Shown: positions 51,378-56,156 of the stretch, piece by piece
How positions within the stretch are numbered: the first letter of the stretch is position 1
How the letters are laid out: every line of letters begins with the position of its first letter
Program-made: the position numbers and the translations under genes
From: an uncultured Lachnospiraceae bacterium
Lineage (GTDB): Bacteria; Bacillota; Clostridia; Lachnospirales; Lachnospiraceae
Length of the DNA: 56,156 bases
Assembly: GCA_963544505.1 (NCBI GenBank)
Contig: CAUUFM010000001.1
Location: 1 to 56,156 of the forward strand
Direction: 5' to 3'
Notes under the pieces: generated by a model
What the model saw: the letters and a program-made list of their open reading frames with translations, nothing else
Told to the model about the DNA's origin: nothing
The model's database searches: none

Positions 51378-51671
51378 GTGTTAAAAAGAAGAAAAAGAAC
51401 AAAAAAGCCTAAAAAAAGGGAGTTTAAGAAGCTGTTAGTAGCCCTTGTGATGGCTTCTTATTTTGTGGGGCTTGCGGTTGGGGGGTATGTTACTTTTAAG
51501 TGTGACTATTCCCAGCTCGCTCCTTTATTGACATTCATAGGTGCTCCGACTACTGGGGCTATTTTGTCCTATTGTTATGTAATTAGGACAGAAAATGCTA
51601 TCAAATTAAAACAGCAATATCCAAAAGGAACAGAGGGATACAACGTGGATATTAACAATACCAGCATATAA
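51378..51671 (+). CDS. putative holin (two TM segments)
   Basis: Basic N-terminus, then two hydrophobic helices. Sits within the lysis cassette. Confidence 0.45.
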   Translation: MLKRRKRTKKPKKREFKKLLVALVMASYFVGLAVGGYVTFKCDYSQLAPLLTFIGAPTTGAILSYCYVIRTENAIKLKQQYPKGTEGYNVDINNTSI

Positions 51672-51716
51672 GGAGGTGAAGTAAAGAAAAGGCAACTTAT
51701 ATAGAAAATTGGATAG

Positions 51717-51806
51717 ATAGCAGCAATCTCAATGGATAAAACAGGTATTTTAGCCTCAATGATGATTGTACAAGCTATCTTAGAATCCAGCTGGGTGACT
51801 TTATGA
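51717..51806 (+). pseudogene. remnant of an N-acetylglucosaminidase-type endolysin
   Basis: Start-less frame reads GILASMMIVQAILESSWVTL-stop, close to the GIxxSxxxAQAxLESGWG signature. The upstream piece KATYIENWIDSS is in another frame after GGAGGTGAAGTAA. Confidence 0.5.
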
Positions 51807-51926
51807 AAATAAACTGATTGGAATTATCGAAACCTACAAATTATATGAATTTGACAACAAAAAATGGGTTTTGATAACAAAAACAAGGCAAATGATAACA
51901 AAAATTCAATGATTGGAGGAGGAAAA

Positions 51927-52661
51927 ATGAAAGCAAGCACATTGATTGCAAAGTTAGAGGAAATAGTGAGCAAATACAAGACAAAATACGCTTGGGGCTG
52001 TTTCGGCTGCCCTCTAAAACAAGCTATAATAGAAAGCAAAGCAAGGCAATATCCGGGCTGGTACAATGCAGCAAAAAAAAGAGAACTCATAGAAGCGGGC
52101 AAGCAGAAAAGTTGGGGATTTGATTGTGTGAATATGATTAAAGGCGTGCTTTGGGGCTGGCACGGAGATTGGAGCAAGTCTTGGGGAGGAGCTGAATATA
52201 ACTCAAACGGAGTACCTGACATCAATGCAAACCAAATGATAAACTGTTGCAGCGGTGTTTCTTCCAATTTTTCAAATATAGTGCCAGGTGAGGCAGTATG
52301 GTTGCCGGGACACATTGGGGTTTATATTGGAAATGGTATTGTAATTGAATCAACATCAAAATGGAAAAATGGAGTACAGAAGACAGCACTTGGGAATATT
52401 GGCAGTGTTACAGGACTTCCAAACAGAAAATGGCAGAAACACGGAAAAATGCCTTATGTTGTGTATGATTTGGAGGAGGGAAAGAAAAAACCTAACCCTC
52501 CCACACCTAAGCCGAATGGCAAAAAAACCATCACAGAGCTTGCAAAGGAAGTGCTTGGCGGAAAATGGGGAAACGGAAACGACAGAAAAAATAAACTACA
52601 GACAGCGGGGTATAACTACAACGAAGTACAGGCAGCTGTAAACAAACTTTTAAGGGGGTAA
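51927..52661 (+). CDS. endolysin: NlpC/P60-like peptidase plus a Cpl-7 (CW_7)-like wall-binding motif
   Basis: FDCVNMIKG (Cys), GHIGVYIGNG (His), and C-terminal GGKWGNGNDRKNKLQTAGYNYNEVQAAVN. GGAGGAGG RBS before the ATG at 51927. Confidence 0.65.
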   Translation: MKASTLIAKLEEIVSKYKTKYAWGCFGCPLKQAIIESKARQYPGWYNAAKKRELIEAGKQKSWGFDCVNMIKGVLWGWHGDWSKSWGGAEYNSNGVPDINANQMINCCSGVSSNFSNIVPGEAVWLPGHIGVYIGNGIVIESTSKWKNGVQKTALGNIGSVTGLPNRKWQKHGKMPYVVYDLEEGKKKPNPPTPKPNGKKTITELAKEVLGGKWGNGNDRKNKLQTAGYNYNEVQAAVNKLLRG

Positions 52662-52668
52662 TATTCAG

Positions 52669-53061
52669 ATGAACGAAATAATACAAACGATTTTAACGGC
52701 AATTTTAATAGCGGCAATCCCGGTAATAACAAGTGAATTTGTGAAATTTCTAAAAGTGCAAGTACAAGGTATCAAAGAAAAGACTAAACAGGAAAAGCTG
52801 AACAAATACATTGATAGAGCCACAAAGGTTATTACAGATGTAGTAGAGGCTATTTCACAGACAACAGTTGACACACTAAAGAAACAAGGAGCTTTTGATA
52901 AAGAGAAACAAAAAGAAGCCTTTAATAAGGCAAAAAAAGAGATTTTAGAGATTTTAACAGAAGAATCTAAGCAAGCACTGAAAGAAGCCTATGGGGACCT
53001 TGATATTTGGTTACAATCACAAATTGAAGCCAATGTGAAAAGGACAAAACAAGAGGGATAA
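52669..53061 (+). CDS. LL-H-type holin-like protein
   Basis: Single N-terminal TM (ILTAILIAAIPVI) and a charged C-terminal tail. 130 aa. Confidence 0.5.
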   Translation: MNEIIQTILTAILIAAIPVITSEFVKFLKVQVQGIKEKTKQEKLNKYIDRATKVITDVVEAISQTTVDTLKKQGAFDKEKQKEAFNKAKKEILEILTEESKQALKEAYGDLDIWLQSQIEANVKRTKQEG

Positions 53062-53073
53062 AAGCAAAAAAGA

Positions 53074-53100
53074 AGAGGGGCTAACAACCCCTCTTTTTTT
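53074..53100 (+). terminator. strong rho-independent terminator at the prophage right end
   Basis: AGAGGGG-ctaacaa-CCCCTCT followed by a T7 run. Confidence 0.8.
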
Positions 53101-53115
53101 ATTCGCACAAAGAAA

Positions 53116-53979
53116 ATCAATATATGTAAAATTTGTACTTATATTACATTACCTAACGGCTGTGGAAAAACAACCGCGATTAACTGTATGTTGTCTTTGC
53201 TCACATTTGATAAAGGAAATATTAAAATATTCGGGGAAACTATGAAACCGGACTCCTATCATTTGAAAAGGCGAATCGGAGTTGTCCCTCAGGAAGTATC
53301 GGTGTTTGAAAATCTTACAGTTGCGGAAAATATAGACTATTTTTGCGGTTTATATATAGATAACAGCCTGAAACGAAAAGATTTGGTGGAAAAGGCAATC
53401 AGTTTTGTTGAATTATCCGACTTTAAAAAGTTTTTTCCGAAAAAGTTAAGCGGAGGCTTAAAGAGGCGTCTTAATATCGCCTGCGGAATCGCACATCAGC
53501 CGGAGCTTATTTTCCTTGATGAACCTACAGTGGCTGTGGACGCACAAAGCAGAAACTTTATACTTCAAGGAATTAAAAAATTAAAAGAAAACGGCAGCTC
53601 AATCATTTATACAACCCATTACCTTGAAGAAGTGGAATATTTATGTGATAGAATTGTAATTATGGATAACGGCAAAAATATCGCACAGGGAACAAAAGAC
53701 GAACTGATTGACAAAATAGAAACGGCAGAAAGAATTTCAATAGAATTTTCTAAAATAGATGAAGAGAAGGAGCTTTCTTTGAAAAAACTTGAAAATGCAA
53801 CTTCGGTTATAAAAACCGGAGACGAATACAGTATAGAGTTCAGAAAAGGCAATGATAATTTGCAAACATTGATGACTTGGATACAAAAAGAAAAGCTTAG
53901 TTATATTAGATTATACAGTCAAAAACCGTCCCTAAATGATGTGTTCCTTTCTTTGACCGGAAAGGAGCTGAGAGATTAA
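53116..53979 (+). pseudogene. ABC transporter ATP-binding protein, 5'-truncated
   Basis: Q-loop VPQE, signature LSGGLKRRL, Walker B LIFLDEPT and H-loop TTHYLEE are present. The Walker A region (LPNGCGKTT, degenerate) lies upstream of the first ATG (53188) with no start codon or RBS. About 35 N-terminal residues are missing. Confidence 0.65.
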
Positions 53980-55043
53980 TGACAGTGATAAACCGATTTT
54001 TACGAGATTGTATTTTCAGTATAAAAACGACATTAAGAGAAAAAAGCTTTATATTTTGGAATCTTCTTTATCCGTTAATTTTAGCGGCTCTTTTCAATCT
54101 TGCTTTCGGCGGTCTTCTTAGTAATAAATTTGAACCGATTAAGGTAGGAATTGCCCCTGACAGCAAATATACATATGTCCTTAAAAGAATTAAGGCATTT
54201 GAATTGAAACCTATGAACGATGATGATGCAAAAGAGAGCTTAAAAAAAGGAGAAATAGTCGGATATATTAATGGAAAAGGAAACCTTATGATTGAAAAAG
54301 CGGGAATTCAACCGACGGTTATAAAAGGAGTACTTGATCTTATTCACGAGATAAAATCAAGCGGGCTTCCTTTTCAAAAATTTCGTTTTGATATTACATA
54401 TGTGAAACACCTGCAACAAAAAGAAGCATCAATTACCGTTATTTTCTACTCTCTAATCGGTTCGGTGGCTTTATCCGGAATGTATGCCGGTATTCAGATG
54501 GTATACATTTTTCAGGGAAATTTAAGCCCTCTCGGCAGCAGGGTACAGACATCTCCGATAAACAAATTGAATGTCGTTCTTTCCGGTTTTTTAACAGGTG
54601 TAGTGCTTAATCTGATAAACAATCTGATTTTGATTGCATTTATGAGATATGTTCTTTTGCTTAACTTATTTGAAAAGCTTAATAAAAGTATTATCTTAAT
54701 TGTTATTTCAAATTTTCTCGGAGTATCACTTGGGATTTTTCTAAGTGCCTCCAATAAAATGAATGATGAAAAGAAGATGATGATTGCAACGATGACTTCA
54801 CTGATTCTCTCCGCCCTGTCGGGAATGATGGGAAATTCGCTAAAGCAGGTCGTTGAAACATATGTCCCTGTAATAAACAGAATAAATCCGGTGTCCATTA
54901 TATCTGATAATATGTATAGATTAAATTTTTTACAGGACACAAGCAGGTTTAGGGAGGGATTGACGATACTTGTAATCGAAACACTTATTTTTTTAACACT
55001 TTCATTTATGTTTTTAAGGAGGGAACAATATGACAGTATATAA
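53979..55043 (+). CDS. ABC-2 type transporter permease
   Basis: 354 aa with multiple TM segments. Overlaps the ATPase stop by 1 nt (TAATG). Confidence 0.7.
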   Translation: MTVINRFLRDCIFSIKTTLREKSFIFWNLLYPLILAALFNLAFGGLLSNKFEPIKVGIAPDSKYTYVLKRIKAFELKPMNDDDAKESLKKGEIVGYINGKGNLMIEKAGIQPTVIKGVLDLIHEIKSSGLPFQKFRFDITYVKHLQQKEASITVIFYSLIGSVALSGMYAGIQMVYIFQGNLSPLGSRVQTSPINKLNVVLSGFLTGVVLNLINNLILIAFMRYVLLLNLFEKLNKSIILIVISNFLGVSLGIFLSASNKMNDEKKMMIATMTSLILSALSGMMGNSLKQVVETYVPVINRINPVSIISDNMYRLNFLQDTSRFREGLTILVIETLIFLTLSFMFLRREQYDSI

Positions 55044-56156
55044 ATATTTCCTTAAAAACGCATTTAAATTAAAAAGCTTTTTGATTATATATCTTGCTAT
55101 TATGATAATTTTTTCAATCATCAATGCTACCGGCTTCGTTAAGGAAAACCAAAACGGTTTTCAGGAATATAAGCCTAATTTGGCTGTTATCAATAAATCA
55201 AACAGTAAACTGTGTGAACATTTTGAAAACTATCTTGAAACGATTGCCGTAATAAAGGAAGCTCCCGAAAATATAGAACGAGCAAGAGAGGCTGTGTTCT
55301 TAGAAAAAGTTGACGTTGTGATTATAATTCCTGAGAACTTTGAAGAACGGTTGAAAGGTACGAAAAATTGCATAGAAATACTTTACGACCGTAAAAATAC
55401 AAAAGGACATATCATAGAGAATCAATTATATAAATATTTCCTGCTGTTAAAAGCAACACAAAGTCCGGTAGGCTTTGATACGGATTTGGTGGACAGGATT
55501 ATGAAAGAAGAAGTAAAAGTTATATTTAGAGAAAATAAAAATAATGACAATGATATTTATAGAAAAGAATGGTTTTCATCTTACTTTCGCTTTTCAGGTT
55601 ATATGATAACGGCTGTTTTGATAGGAATTATAGGTATGACTATGAGCGACTTTCAAAAAGAGGAGGTTTTACGCAGAATACAAGCATCTTCTATTAAAAC
55701 GCTCAAATTTCAAATTCAAATATATTCAGGACAGCTAATTATAACTGCAATTATATTATTTATATTTATTTTACTCGGTATCATAATACAAAAGGGACAG
55801 ATATTTGACGGTATATATATAGGAAGATATATTCTAAATCTATCTGTATTTTCTTTTTCTGTCTTAAGCCTTACCTTCCTTATCAATAATATTGTAAAAA
55901 ATAAGGTGGTCAAAAATGCGTTAAGTACGATTATTTCTCTTGGAATGTCATTTATATCGGGAGTTATGATCCCTCATAAATATTTGGGAGAATTAACCTT
56001 AAAGATAGCCAAAGCTATGCCTATGTATTATTTTGTGAAAAATAATGATTACAACAATTTGACATCAGCAGAATTATACAAAAATATCGTAATTCAATTG
56101 CTCTTTGCCTTAATATTTTTATTGTTGGGAATACTTGTAGCTAATATTAAAAGAAA
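55030..56156 (+). CDS. second ABC-2 type permease (3' end beyond the window)
   Basis: ATG at 55030. The frame stays open to the window end, with an N-terminal TM, a large loop and then several TM segments. Absent from the ORF track because there is no stop. Confidence 0.65.
   Translation, partial: MTVYKYFLKNAFKLKSFLIIYLAIMIIFSIINATGFVKENQNGFQEYKPNLAVINKSNSKLCEHFENYLETIAVIKEAPENIERAREAVFLEKVDVVIIIPENFEERLKGTKNCIEILYDRKNTKGHIIENQLYKYFLLLKATQSPVGFDTDLVDRIMKEEVKVIFRENKNNDNDIYRKEWFSSYFRFSGYMITAVLIGIIGMTMSDFQKEEVLRRIQASSIKTLKFQIQIYSGQLIITAIILFIFILLGIIIQKGQIFDGIYIGRYILNLSVFSFSVLSLTFLINNIVKNKVVKNALSTIISLGMSFISGVMIPHKYLGELTLKIAKAMPMYYFVKNNDYNNLTSAELYKNIVIQLLFALIFLLLGILVANIKR

Noticed and set aside
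1-56156. CRISPR arrays, tRNA/rRNA genes, reverse transcriptase (retron/DGR/group II intron)
   Set aside because: I found no regularly spaced 25-40-nt repeats, no tRNA-like cloverleaf candidates and no ORF with a YxDD polymerase motif. This absence is judged by eye only.

Overview
AT-rich 56-kb window that is almost entirely mobile DNA. No database search was possible, so all protein calls come from motifs read by eye in the ORF translations. (1) 1-14.4 kb is part of a conjugative-element-like module on the + strand. It holds a VirB4-family ATPase written as two ORFs, an ArdC-N-like ssDNA-binding protein, a TnpV-like ORF, a 1878-aa DarB-like methyltransferase-SNF2 helicase, a PD-(D/E)xK-like protein and an NT5C/HAD nucleotidase. 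It also holds an ORF-free stretch bounded by a promoter and a terminator that looks like a structured RNA. (2) 14.46-16.2 kb is an ISLre2-family insertion sequence. (3) 16.3-18.8 kb (- strand) is a lysogeny/accessory block: a CI/XRE-type repressor overlapping a complete 6-TM voltage-gated K+ channel gene, then a DUF4160/DUF2442-AbrB pair behind a consensus promoter with a palindromic operator. (4) 18.8-53.1 kb is a myovirus-like prophage. Its early region has duplicated small genes punctuated by a conserved hairpin plus 19-nt box module, and it carries four DNA methyltransferases, an HNH endonuclease and a HUH rolling-circle Rep. Packaging and head genes are lambda-type (Nu1-like, GpA-type TerL, gpW, portal, ClpP/S49 protease, gpD-like, gpE-like). 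The contractile tail is PBSX/P2-type with a U_UUU_UUA -1 frameshift chaperone, followed by a lysis cassette. No integrase or attL is visible, and an 11-nt tandem duplication disrupts the XkdQ/gpD-like baseplate gene, so the prophage may be defective. (5) 53.1-56.2 kb is host-like: an ABC transporter operon whose ATPase gene is 5'-truncated at the prophage junction. Best candidates for something undescribed: the repressor-Kv channel (Rex-like) arrangement, the hairpin+box cassette punctuation shared by accessory and early genes, the orphan structured RNA at 814-1009, and the three-frame ArdC/TnpV/DarB-like mosaic.
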